DNA of 64,000 bases from Octopus vulgaris (lineage: Eukaryota): assembly GCA_951406725.2 (NCBI GenBank), contig OX597831.1:7998001-8062000 (forward strand). The letters are read 5' to 3'. The position numbers and the translations under genes are program-made. Positions 26,201 to 40,782 of this stretch are shown piece after piece; position 1 is the first letter of the stretch, and each line of letters starts with the position of its first letter. The notes under the pieces were generated by a model that was given only the letters and a program-made list of their open reading frames with translations, did not search any database and was not told where the DNA came from.

Positions 26201-26738
26201 CAACTTACAAAAAAAAAAAAAGCAAATGCATAAAACAAACATCTTCAATAATCTACCTGTGGATCTTAAATCACAGTTCAGTCGTGAGTACAGCCAAAAT
26301 GTTGACCAATGACTGACCATTGTTCCTGTGAGAGTTCAGTGGTCTGACTAGAACTTTCCATGAGCAAAGCCTACAGATATAGCCAAATTGAGTGCCAAAA
26401 AATCAGAGTGTCTCAGATTAAGTTGCTATACACTCACCTAATAGCTGCATATTCAACCTGGAATGGCCATAAAAGAGAACACACCAAGACACCTGAATAT
26501 ATATTTGGTATGTAAAAGTGAGCTCCAATAATGAATTTCTAACAATGATTTTTTGTTCTACTTGTCATAATACACTGTTTCATTTGAATACTTCTTTGCT
26601 TGTTGTGCACAGACTCTTTTCCTTGTAACAAATAAGCAAACCTCTTATCACACAGCCACTCCTGCACCTATATATGTACACACACACTCACACACATATA
26701 TACGTATATACACACACATACATACATACATATATATG

Positions 26739-26801
<63 letters not shown>

Positions 26802-26814
26802 ATATACTACTACA

Positions 26815-27618
<804 letters not shown>

Positions 27619-29252
27619 GTCATATGAGGATTTGTTTTGCAAGAATTTTGGACTGAAACCATATTTTGAAATCAATGTTGCTATTTATTTGTGTAAAGTC
27701 AAATTTAATATGTTTGAATGCACTTGGACATGAGAAGACTTTCTGCTGCAGAGATAGTCCCAGGTGAAAATTCTCTTTTTAGACATGCATCGAAATCCAA
27801 GATGGACTGTGAATGACCTGACTGGTTCATAGAACCCATGTGTTTATGTTTCACTTTATCAGCTACAAACATCAAATCTGTCAATCACAGCTCAATAAAA
27901 ATGAAATTATTCTTATTAAAAGAATACATGATATGTATATTGATGTGTGTAAAGCTTGGTCAAGCTAGAAATAAATAAATAATGTTGCACGATGCAACAT
28001 TGGATGAAATGTATTTGTGTAACTAGTGCACTTGGACATGAGAAGACTCTCCACTGTGGAGATGGTCCCAGGACTTGATTCTCTTCTTTGATATGTGTGA
28101 GAGTACAAGATGGGCTGTGAATGTCATCATTGGATTGCAGGACACATGCATTTTTGTGTCAATTCATTTTATCAGCTACAAACATCAAATCTGTTATTCA
28201 CAATCCAATAAGAATGGAAATGTTAAATTAACACTGAAACTTCAAGAGAAAGTAACCAAAGGGAAGATTATTGAAATGATAAAAGTTGAGACAAAGGAAG
28301 GTTCTCAGAGTTTAGGTGTTGCGTATCCTAGTGGTGAATAAACATTTAGGTGAGGATTAATGGATATATTGCTACGAACATGATGGCACACAGGGAATAT
28401 ATTCACTGATTGAAGCTCAAAAGATTGCAGCTAAATCAATGAGTTATAGTCTGTCTGGTGGTTTATCTTTGATTCCTACTAAAATGTACTTCACAAAGTG
28501 TAGGCATGATGAGAAAATTTCGAACTTGTAAATATCAAGGGACTGTATAAACACCAAGAGCTTATTTACATGAAGTTCTTGACAATTTTCATTGCAAGCT
28601 TTAAAAATAAAACTTTTTTAAGGATGTTATGGTTGTTAAAATTATGTGATCAACATTATGGCAATCCACTGTATTTATCGATGTATGAAAATGTCTATGA
28701 ATATATTTGAGATTGCAAAAACATTTCTGATCAAATCTAGAAATAAAAAGAAAATAAACTATATTGGTTTTTCTTGAGATAATTAAAGATTGTGGTGCAG
28801 TGTCAGTGACCAGGTCATAGATATACAATAAAATTGCTTGATACTTTGTTATGTAATACTGTAATAAAATACTACAAATTGTTAATATAACAGCATATGT
28901 GTGTTTTAAATGGCTCTTGTGAATCTTCTGGGATGCAACTGTTATACATACATACACACACTTCCATACACACACACATGCACACAGACGCATCCATATA
29001 TATATATGTACATATATATATATGTATGTATACGTACATATGCACATACAGGCACATGTATGCACACACATACATGTATACATACATACACAGATATAAC
29101 ATGTTAAACATTCCTAGAGAAGAATGGTGCAGGTGGTCGCTTGGTAGTACTCAGTTAAATCTGAAACATGAATTCCAACTCCTTCATCAGAGTTGAGTAG
29201 GGCTGAGGGAGGAAGTTAGCTGTAAGAATGGTCGTTAGGTAGACATGGAACC

Positions 29253-30229
29253 AGAAAAGACGGACAAGGCATAGTAAATGTAAGGAATGTATTTGCATTG
29301 AAAGTTGTCTCTACAGTTAAATGATATAATCAAGTCTTATCTTTACAGCTGTTTCAAGTAATTGATAACTGATGCTATAACCATGAGTATTATGTAAAGA
29401 GATCCAATAATATTGTCGGTGTATAGACTGGCATGAATTCTGAGAGACCTGTGAAGTCGAATCAAAAAGCACTGGAAAATAGTTCAGAGAATAGTGTTTC
29501 TAAATATATATAACTTCAATATGAGAAGAAAGATAGGAAAATGAGAGGAGTATTTATAGTGAGAAGTATATAGAGAAGAGAGAGAGGGGAGAGATGCAGG
29601 GTGGGGAGCTAGTAATTTAAGGACATCAGTTAAAAGCAACAAGAAATAAAAAGTTCTATGAAATTAAGAGTTAGAGAAAATGGCTTGACAGGCTACAACA
29701 AAAGAAGTCCTGTAACTGATATAAGAAAAAGTCAAGAGTGAAAGAGAACTGTGATAATCCAGCCAGTTTCAGAGGCACAGAGCTGAGGCTTAGCATAGCA
29801 TAAACCATAGCAGACGAGGATTAGGTAAGGCAGAGATGAAAATTAAAAAGAAGATGCTAACAGGATAAAGAGCATTGTAAAAGTGTGTCTGATGTGTTGA
29901 GTATAAAGATTAATTATATGGAAGGAGAAGGTAGATGTCATGGTGTGCTGTTTAGAGAGAGAGGCAAGGGGGATACACTGATGGGTGGAGACTAAAGATA
30001 AGAAATCCTTAAATGTAGCAAAATATAGTGGTTAAGAAGATAACAAGTGTTAGAAAAGGAAGTATAATAGCGAAAGGGTTAATTAATTCAGTCAGAACAT
30101 AATGATGGTTATAGCACCAGCTATCGATTACTTGAAACAGCTGTAAAGATAAGACTTGCTTACATCACATAATTGTATATACAAAATGAATACATTCCTT
30201 ATACCTATTATTGTTTGTCTGTCTTTTCT
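29253..30229. mobile_element. ~1-kb element bounded by ~130-bp inverted repeats containing a hammerhead-like half (Penelope-like architecture)
   Basis: 29253-29384 is the imperfect reverse complement of 30105-30229; both contain GAAACAGCTGTA. Confidence 0.6.
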
Positions 30230-30458
30230 ACTGATATATATTTAGGGCTGAAAAAATAAAGTGCTAGTTGAGTACTAGTGTCAAAGGTATTGACCAACCC
30301 TCCCCTCAAAATGACCAGCCTTGACTTTAAATTTATAAAATCACTAACATCTTCATCATTATTCCATATCAGTTTTTCTATGCTTCATGGGTTTGACAGG
30401 CCTTCTCCAGTCCTGAGCTTCACCACTTGTTTATATCCCTTGTCATTTCTTTCATAAG

Positions 30459-30526
<68 letters not shown>

Positions 30527-30587
30527 AGGGCATTATCATGTTCTGTCCACATTTTCTTTCATGCTCATTATATCTACCTGTCTGTCT

Positions 30588-30639
<52 letters not shown>

Positions 30640-31014
30640 TGTATGTATGTATGTGTGTGTGTGTGTGCATATATACACACACATGTATATCATTCAATGT
30701 ACACAGAATAAAGGATATGCTCATATCTTTATTCTACTAACAGTTTCTAGCTTTAGAGAAGTGGGTCTTGGCAGGTCTTTATAACACTCCCTGTAACTTC
30801 AAGCAATCTTCAGGCTCTCATATAAAGGAAAATCAATAAAAGAGTGGAGTAAAGTTGCTATGAGGTGTAGAAAATCCAACATTTCGAGCAAATTTACTCT
30901 TCAAGGAAATATTGACAACATAGTTTCATATTCTCTGAGCTGGAAAAACTGGCCATAGCTTAGAGGATGTAAAACTCTGCCATCTCTCTCTTCAATTTCT
31001 CTCCAGTCAACTTT

Positions 31015-31047
31015 TCCCTGATGAAGGACTCTATCCAAAATGCTGGA
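31015..31047 (+). ncRNA. CpG-decayed minimal hammerhead motif
   Basis: TCC-CTGATGA-A-GGA-CTCTA-TCC-AAAA-TG-CT-GGA; CGAAACG appears to have decayed to CAAAATG. Confidence 0.5.
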
Positions 31048-31829
31048 CTTTGCATTCCCCCTCAGCACATTTGCCATACTCTTTATGAATCTTGCCACAA
31101 GAAACCACCTCTGCACTCTTTGAATTCTGTTTTATCATATATACAAGCATACATGCAGCTGTGTGGTTAAGGAGCTTGCTTTCCTACCAGGTAGTCTTGG
31201 GTTCAATCTCACTGTACAATCACCTCGGGAAAGTGTCTTTGGTCAGCCAGGGACTGATCAAAAACTTATGCATGACAAAATATTTATTCATGGAGTTTTA
31301 AGGCTGGGATCATTAATGCATCGTTAAGCTTCAATATATAATAGCTACTTCAGTGCAATGACAGGTATGAATTTACATTATTTACATTTGACAGATATTC
31401 TATATTAAATATAGAATTGAGACAGGTATGAAGTTTAAAATGGGTTAAAACAAATGTTTAGAGAAAAATATTTGAAAATTAACAAACTCATCGATATTTT
31501 GAAAATTTTGTTTTTTCTACAGCTGTTTCGATGACTCACATGAAGCATTGCCAACAAGATAGTTACATAATTGTTGAATGTGTTAGTTGAATATGATGTG
31601 AAAAGGTTATTTTATGAGGGATGGTTTTCAAATATTAGTTGAAACACACACACACACACTCACACTCTCTCATAGACTACCTTTCCCCAGATGTAAAAAA
31701 AAAGGGTTTGTACAGAGCCAAAACTCTCCCGCCTACAATAAAGTAAAGATGCTAGAATTTGTAGTGTGCTGATGACAAAATTCTACAAGACCTGAAGAGA
31801 AAGACTTTCCTTCAGAGAAATATGACACT

Positions 31830-32205
31830 GGCAATCCAAAACAAGCCACAAAGTCAACTCCCATTTGGGCCATCAGGACAAAGGCCAACATTGCAAAAGA
31901 GTTATGGCAGAAGGCGAAGGGCTGGTGCTAATGGAAGAGCAAATACTGGAATGCAAGCGGGGATGGAAAGGTCATACATTAAGGAGACCAACATCCTGGA
32001 TTACACACGTCCTGCCTTGAACAGGAACCCACAAAAGGGAGATAGAAGAGAGGATTCCTTAATAATAGCTGGAAGTGGAGTATTGAGGCAGAACTGAGAA
32101 AACAGGGAACCAACTGGAGAGAAGCAGAAAAAAAACAGAGTTGGGAAGAATGGAGCAGATCATCAATGAATTATATCCCATTAGGAGTTAAAGACCTAAG
32201 TAAGG
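31830..32205 (+). mobile_element. RTE-type LINE 3' fragment
   Basis: Frameshifted ..GHTLRR, PALNRNPQKG.RR, WREAE..R..WSRSS-like readings; ends in TAAGTAAG. Confidence 0.7.
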
Positions 32206-32592
32206 AATGACTCTATCAGGAGTCGAAGACCTAAGTAAAGAATGACTCTATCAGGAGTCAAAGACCTAAGTAACAAATGACTCTATCAGGAGTCAAAGAC
32301 CTAAGTAAAGAATGACTCTATCAGGAGTCAAAGACCTAAGTAAGGAATGACTCTATCAGGAGTTAAAGATCTAAGTAAAGAATGACTCCATCAGGAGTCA
32401 AAGACCTAAGTAAGGAATGACTCTATCAGGAGTTAAAGATCTAAGTAAAGAATGACTCTATCAGGAGTTAAAGACCTAAGTAAAGAATGACTCTATCAGG
32501 AGTTGAAGACCTAAGTAAGGAATTACTTTATCAGCAGCCAAAGACCCAAGTAAGGAATGACTCTATCAGGAGTCAAAGATCTAAGAAAGGAA
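32183..32592 (+). repeat. 35-bp minisatellite, 11 full units plus a partial unit
   Basis: Unit AGGAGTCAAAGACCTAAGTAAGGAATGACTCTATC starting at 32183, 32218 ... 32568. Confidence 0.95.
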
Positions 32593-33121
32593 GTAAATCA
32601 ATTGGTTTGTGATGTATGACTAGAATTCTTTGATCCTATGTCTATTTAATCAGCTCTGACTTGTGGTTAAACAACAATAACAACAAAGGAAACAGCATGA
32701 ACAAAAATGGTAAAATTCCTTTTGATTATCTGAGCAATCTTGGGAAAGACTAACTGTTGTTCTTTTTTTAATATAATTATTATTATTATTGTTTTTTTCT
32801 GAACCCACCCCATAAACTGAGCAATAACATTTTCTCAGAATTATACGGTTAAGTTCAAAGAAAATGAGTGCAGAAAGTGTACAGATGTCAATAAAGTAAC
32901 TAAACAACAAAGAACAAACATATCACAATGTGAAAAAAAAAAAAGAAAGAAGAAAAGAAAAAGAAAAGGAAAGGAAAAAGAGAAAGAGAAAGAGAAAAGA
33001 CAAATAAAAGCTCTTGTAGCATCAAAAAATAAGGTGAAGAGTAAATCTGGTAAAGAAACAATAAAGATAGCGAGAATCCAGAATATTGCCAACACAAATG
33101 GTTGTCATAATAATATTAGTA

Positions 33122-33183
<62 letters not shown>

Positions 33184-33252
33184 AATAGTAATAATAACTG
33201 TTAATAAGTAAACAAGATACAAGATCAGAACTAAGGACCGAAGTAGTACAGC

Positions 33253-33341
<89 letters not shown>

Positions 33342-34171
33342 AAGTAGTAGTAGCAGCAGCAGTAGTAGTAGCAGTAGTAGTAGCAGTAGTAGCAGCAACA
33401 GCAGTGGTTGCGGGGGCAGTTGTGGCAGTGATGGTGGTGGTGGTGGTGGTAGTGGTGGTATCAACAATGGCGACAACAATGCCAATGATGATGGCGACAA
33501 GAACAATGAGATAAAGAAAAATAAAAATAAAATACACTTGCTAAGGTAGAGAGATTTTCACTGTGAGATCAATACCAATTATTGAAGATTATTATTGAAA
33601 CCAATATGTAACAAACAAATATTGAACATTAGAAGAAGAAGAAGAAAAAAAAAAGAAACAACACAAAAAGGAAAAATTATGAAAAAAAAAAAAGAAAGCA
33701 AGAAAATTATCCTGCAGGGATCAACATGACTAATATGAGAAACTGAGACAAAACCACAGAGTTATAAATTGAAAAAAAGGAAAAAGTTAATAACAATAAT
33801 AATGATAATAATAGCAATGACAACATGGTTTAACATACAGGAAAAAAAAACTGTAAATGTTATGAACATTGGAAGATAAAACAAAATAGTGTCTATCTCT
33901 TGACATAGCTGCATTAAATAGTGATTGGTTCTTGAGACTAACCGATATTGACCTGCTTATCGTTTTCGATTGAGATAATTGTCTAGACAGTCCAACTTGA
34001 TGCTTGACTTCTTAAGTGAACCAGTTGTTTCATCTACGACACAAATGACCAATTATTCTAATTCCATTCTGAAATGGCAGGAAAACAAAAGCCTCTACAT
34101 ATGAAAATTTATTGGGGCAAACTGTAAGAGACGTAGAAAAATTAATAATAACGATAATGGTGATGATGATG

Positions 34172-34202
<31 letters not shown>

Positions 34203-35464
34203 GTAATAATGAATAATTGAATATATAAGATTAAGATAAATTTATTCAGTTTAAATGTGTCTAAATATGGACATGACCTTGAGACTTATAGAAATTCTTG
34301 GTGGGGAATTGTAATGTCTATAAGTTTCTTCCAGTGAATTCTCCATGAATGGTTTTTAGATTATGTGCAAATGAGTGATTATTTATAACTGCGTTCTACC
34401 AAAGAGATTTCCATTAACCCTTTTGTCGCAATATTTCTGTTGAAATTCACAGTTTTTCGTTGAAAAACTGTTGAAATTAATGAATAATTTAGTAAAACAA
34501 CTTTGTCATGATTAAACTGATGTCTGGAACATAAAGTAACATGGGATTTTGATGGAATTTAAAAAAAACGTTTTGATGGTTTTTAAGACAAGAATCGTGT
34601 ATGGAAGGTTTTGGCTGCAAGGATAAATGTTTACTTCGCAAACTCAGGGTTTTGGGTTCAGTCTCACTGTGTGGCAACTGGGCCAGCCAAAGTCTAGTGA
34701 GAAGATTTGGTGGCTGCCAGCATTAAAAACAGATGTTAATTAATGATGGTAATGATGATGATGATATATACATACACACACACACATATATATATATGTA
34801 CATATCACCATCGTTTAACGTGCTTTTTCCATGCTGGCATGGGTTTTATGGTTTGACAGGAGCTGTACCAGATTCCATTTGTCTGTTTTGGTATGGTTTC
34901 TATGGTTGGATGCCCATCCTAACACCAACCACTTTACAGAGAATGTGCTGGGTGCTTTTTTTATGTGGCACCAGCATGGGAGCTTTTTATCTGGTGCCAG
35001 CTGGGGTGCTTGAATATATATGTACATGTGTGTGTATGTGTATATACATATAAAATTTAATATGGACAGTAGTGTACAATGTTTTACCAAAAAGGAAAAC
35101 TATAACTGTTACTAAATATGACTAGGATGTGAGAACACCTACACTGCTAGAAATAAGAGCTAAGAAGACCTAATGCTGTTGTTAAAGCGCGTAATTGTAT
35201 ACGTATGTAGTGACAGGGACCGCAATCATCTGAAAGCACCGGTCAAGAATTCCTTATACTGTTTGGTCAGTTTTGACTAATTCTGTAGCTTCATTAATAG
35301 CAACCACTTCATTCAGCTTTTTCTGGACTTGCTTCTCTATGAGGATAAATGTATTCTCCACAAAAATCTATGGATTGTTTAGTAAATCACTAATGTGTAT
35401 ACAATAATTTAACACACAAAACCGTGTGCAATGTTTTAGCATTAGAGCATTTTGACTGTTATTT

Positions 35465-36322
35465 CTAGCAATAAGGTGCAAGGTCTGGACTGTAGGGAGA
35501 GTAAGGGACAGTTTTGATATACCTCTCTGTCAAGAAGTTGTTTACCAGGATGGATTTGTGGACTGGTTTATTGTCCTGGTGCAGGTGCCACTTATCTGAG
35601 TGTAAAGCTCTGACCTTTTGTGGTGAAATTTCTTCCCAAACTTCTTCAGACCCCTCCACAATGTACTCTTTGTTGACCGTTTGGTCAATGGGAATCTAGT
35701 AGATATAGATGTTGCCCTTGCTCTTGAAAAAAAAGGAGTCATCATGAGCTTTTCAGTGAACTTGCTTTGCCTTGCCTTGTTGGGTCCAGGGAGCCAAGAT
35801 GCTTCGATTGGGCACTCTGTCTCTTGGTCTCTGGATCATAACAGTAGTTCCAGCTTTTGTCACAGGAGACTCAAATACCCTCAGATTGGAGGTAATGAGC
35901 ACAACCATCTCCTCCCTGCTGTCACCAATGTGTCTTTCCTTCTGAACATCCTGGGAACAAACTTTGTACAGTTTGGTGCATGTTCAGATCTTGATGAATA
36001 ATTCTGTGTGCAGTAGCCACACCAACCACAAACTCTCTGCTAATTTTCTTTAAAGATGTACAATAGTCTTTATCCAGAGAATTGCAAATAACCTCAACCA
36101 GCTCTGCTGCTCTGATGTCCCTCTCCCACCCACACCTCTCATCGTCTCCCACCTCCTCTCTACCTTCCTGTATCTCTTGTTCCCCTGAAAAACAGATGCT
36201 TGCTTCATAAAAAGCAGATCAGCTTATTAGATGTGTAATAATGATAAACAAGAATTACAATAGCCTTTCACTATTATAACTGCCTCTCCCAAGAAAACTC
36301 TCAAACTTTCTGGAACGCATCA
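35465..36322 (-). mobile_element. mariner transposase relic
   Basis: DDERCG, WHLHQDNKPVHKS, VPYSPYSPDLAP; 5' end TATGATGCGTTCCAGAAAGTTTGAG. Confidence 0.88.
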
Positions 36323-36638
36323 TACCCGTGACACGTAAAAGGGCACCATTCGAGTGTGATCGTTACCAACGTTGCTTCACTGGCACCTGTGCCGGTGGCA
36401 CGTGTAAAAAGATTCGAGCGAATACATTGCCAGTACTGCCTGACTGGCCCCCATGCTGGTGGCACGTAAAAAGCACCCACTACACTCTCGGAGTGGTTGG
36501 CATTAGGAAGGGCATCCAGCTGTAGAAACTCTACCAGATCAAGATTGGAGCATGGTGCAGCCATCTGGTTCGCCAGCCCTCAGTTAAAATTGTCCAACCC
36601 ATGCTAGCATGGAAAGCAGATGTTAAACAATGATGATG

Positions 36639-36675
<37 letters not shown>

Positions 36676-39600
36676 TGTGCTCCACTCACATGCACACATC
36701 ATCATCATCATCATCATTTAATGCCTGTTTTTCATGCTGGCATGGGTTGGATGGCTTGACAAGACCTGGCAAACCAGAGGGCTGTACCAAGCTGTTTTGT
36801 CTGTTTTGGCATGGTTAAAGCTTGATGCAGTTCTCTAGGTTGTCAGCTCCTGACAAACTGTCCAACCCATACCAGCAGGGAAAACAAACATTAAATGATG
36901 TTAACAATGATGATGATGATATATAGATATATAGATAGATAGATAGATATACACACACACATTGCTTTATATTGAACAAATGAGAAAGGAGTGCTTAATA
37001 GATGTGGTAAAAATATACATTTATAAAAATCCATATTTGTATATTTGTGTGTGTGTGTGTGCTTATGCAATTGAGTCTGTAATTTCTCTTGTCTTCCCAT
37101 GTCTTCCCTCACTGGTAGTAAACAATGGCTTCGCTGCTAGTTGTTTCATTGCAGTCCATTTCAAAAGCACATCCAGACTCTTTGACGAATGTTCACATGT
37201 TGTGTGATATTTGTAAACAAAAGGCTCATTCATACGATGCTGTTTGCTTCTGTTTCTGCTCATAAAACATTTCTGGGAAGTTTGTTGTGCAGCAGGTGGG
37301 AGAAATTATTGCTTCACTTAAGGACGAGTGATGGTTGGCAGCAGGAAGAGCATCCGGTTGGGGAAAATTCTAACCCAGCTTATTTCTTTCTGACTCATTC
37401 AAAAGAATGGAAAGAAGAGCTTTGACAAACCAGACGACTTAGAAAAACAAATTCTGTGGATGATTTGGTCAACAAAACAGCCCAATTGGTGCCACAGTAT
37501 GGGTGCAGCCTGATAATGGAAACAGATAAAAGATGAAAGATAAAATAATAATAGGAGGAAGATGATGTAACAGTTATTACAGAGAACAAAGATATTAGAA
37601 ATAAAAAAATATTTTGTCAAAAGATAAACAAAAAGGAGTCTGTAAATGAAGAATTTAAGATTCAAAGAGAAACGAAGACTTGTGTTTTTAATTATAAATC
37701 CCCGTGAGACAAAGACTGGAAGTTGTTTACAACTTGTCAAAAGATCATGTGATGTTGATAACATCAACTCTGATGAAGAATCCAAACGCATGTGGAATTA
37801 TTAGCATCCAATTGTCAAACTTGGTGATCTTTATTTATTTCTTTTTGCTCTGACTTGGTTGTTGTGATGACAAAATTACTTTGCAAAAATATTAGACATA
37901 TTTGCAGGCAAAACTGTGTGGTTAAGAAGCTTGCTTTGCAACCATGTGATCTCAGGTTCAGTCCCACTGTGTGGCACCTTGAGCAGGCAAGTGTCTTCTT
38001 CAATAATCCCAGGATCACCAAATCCTTGTGAGAGAATTTGGCAGACAGAAACTCAGTGTATATGTATGTGTGTGTGTGGCCATCACTACCTGACAACTGG
38101 TATTGGTTTGTTTACATCCCTGTACTTTTTTGCTTCAGGAAAAGAGACAGATAACAAGCAGAAGACTTTTAAAAAAAACGTACTAGGATCGATTTCAAGG
38201 TGATGCCCTAGCATGGCCACAGTCCAATGACTGAAACAAATAAAACATAAAAGATATTCTGAATGAATTAATTAAAATGTTTGACCCCTTGTGGTAGGAT
38301 GACCCAAGTGATTTCTATGACTCTTTCTGCAGTGAAGTCCACATGCCCCATGGTAGCATTACTGGATTTTGCTTTTCTGTCCATTGGAACTTGACCACTG
38401 AGGATAAGGTTTCCTCTCTAAGGTCCAACAGAAATCCAATCTTCACAGGTGTTGGGTGACCAGCACTTGAAGAATTTCACCGAGAGTTAAGACCTGTCTG
38501 TTGCCTTCAACTTAGTTTAACCAATCTGTGAATGGTATCGTCCAACATATGGCACACTGGTGCCAAGAGATATTTCATGATCTATAGGTAAGAGCTTGGT
38601 ACCAGATGGATACTTGTGGCTGATCACTTCATTCCTTGATCCTTTTGCTCCCTATGGAGTGTAAGCCATGGATACATTTTCTCTTCTCTTCTTGACTGTG
38701 AGCTGTTGTTTCTGCTTCTCTCCTTTTTATTTTTTTGCATCACATCACGTTTGCACTCATAAATAATGACTTTTATTCCTCTTAATTCTACCTCCGTTCA
38801 TCTAATTGTATATATTTATCATTACTTTTCATTAAAAAAGCCTTTATTTTTTTTATATCCAATGTGCATTTTCGCTTTTTTTCTTCTTACTTTCCTCATA
38901 TCTCTTCCATGTGTAGTTTCTATTTTTTTTAAACATATTCCTATTATGTGTGTGTGTGAGTATGTGTTGGTGCCATAAAAAAAGCACTGGAGAATGTGCC
39001 ACATAGAAAGTACTCTCTGTAAAAGGTTGGCATTATGAAGGGCATCCAGCTGTAGAAATCATGCCAAAACAGACAACTGGAGCCAGGTGTTGCCCTTAGC
39101 CTTACCAATTCCTGTCAAACCATCCAACCCATGCCAGCATGGAAAACAGACATTAAGTGATGATGATGATGATGATTATGATGAACCTGTAAATTAAGAG
39201 AGAGATTGACTGATCTGAAACAGGTCAAAAATGGCAAAATAAAGAACTTTGACACACTTAGCTGATTATTTGACTGAACCCATTAATCGATTAGTTAACT
39301 AGCCAAATGGATAATTAATTGACTAATAAATAATTAAGAATTCAACAAGAACCAGTGTGTGTGTTTGCTATTATTGGCATAATGACCCTTCCAAAGAAAT
39401 AACAGAATCTGTTTCAATACATGAGTTCACATCAAGAATCTTGCAAACCAAATAGTAAACAAAAATTAAAAAAACTAGCAAAATGATATTAAATGCTAGT
39501 GCTCCATCATGGCCACAGCTTTTGAGTTGAGACTAGTAAAAAATACAAGATAATACTAAGTTGGGGGATGAGAAAGAAAAACATTTATGTATTTGTAATT

Positions 39601-40394
39601 GAAATGATTGCGACTAAAGTCACATGGAACTGAACATTAACGAAGTAATTAAAGTCATTGAAACTGAAAATTAAAACCAGTTCACAAATTATATTCTGCA
39701 GAGATTTGACGAGAATTTTTTTATAAGAAGTTTTAATTGCTGCAGATTTCATAACGAGACAAATTTTATGCATGTAAAAAAAATATAAACAGGGACGTAA
39801 TAAATTTTAATCTCTAGATTAAAGTTTATTTATAGGTTTCAAACGCCATTTAAACTTTCAGTAGACTACTACTACTACTACTACCACCACTACTACTACT
39901 GCTACTGCCACCACCACCACCGCCGCCGCCACCACCACCACCACCACCACCACCACCACCACCACCACCACTGCTACCATTACTGCTACTCACAAGTGAA
40001 TATGACTTGGTATCTTTGTACCATGCTTTGTCTAATTGTTTTCAGTGTCTTTGTAAGTTACAAATAGACTGAGATACCCTCCTGGACCTTCTTGCCCTTG
40101 TTTCAGGAGAAAATCCAGGATGTAGCAACCAGAAGGAAAAAAAAGGGTAGCACTAAGATCTGGTTTGCATTTTATTTTCAGCTGAGAAGACTGGAGACAC
40201 AAGAAATGAAGCAGCCTTTCTCGTGTATACAATGTCCCACCTGGCCTACGAACTTGTTGAGGCTGATTTTTCTATGGTTGGATGCCCTTCCTGTCACCTG
40301 TCCTCACCTTTTTTCCCAAGCAACGTAATATTTCCCCAAGGCCAGGCATGGAAATGGATGACCTTCTTTTATAACAACCATGTAATACCAAGAT

Positions 40395-40782
40395 TGTGGA
40401 GGCGCAATGGCCCAGTGGTTAGGGCAGCGGACTCGCGGTCATAGGATCGCGGTTTCGATTCCCAGAACGGGCGTTGTGAGTGTTTATTGAGCGAAAACAC
40501 CTTAAGCTGCACGAGGCTCCGGCAGGGGATGGTGGTGATCCCTGCTGTACTCTTTCACCACAACTTTCTCTCACTCTTACTTCCTGTTTCTGTTGTACCT
40601 GTATTTCAAAGGGCCGGCTTTGTCACTCTCTGTGTCACGCTGAATATCCCCGAGAACTACGTTAAGGGTACACGTGTCTGTGGAGTGCTCAGCCACTTAC
40701 ACGTTAATTTCATGAGCAGGCTGTTCCGTTGATTCGGATCAACCGGAACCCTCATCGTCGTAATCGACGGAGTGCTTCCTTT
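40395..40782 (+). mobile_element. young tRNA-derived SINE with 12-bp TSD
   Basis: TGGCCCAGTGGTTAGG A box, GGTTTCGATTCC B box; TSD TAATACCAAGAT at 40383-40394 and 40783-40794; CpGs intact. Confidence 0.9.

Noticed and set aside
32183-32592. CRISPR-like array (35-bp hairpin repeat)
   Set aside because: Units are head-to-tail with no unique spacers, there are no cas genes, and the context is eukaryotic
32841-33095. GPCR TM4-like peptide (LAIFWILAIFIVSLPDLLF)
   Set aside because: Hydrophobic reverse reading of an A-rich strand; no other GPCR motifs or splice sites
40395-40475. tRNA gene
   Set aside because: A and B boxes continue into a SINE body bounded by a TSD; no complete cloverleaf
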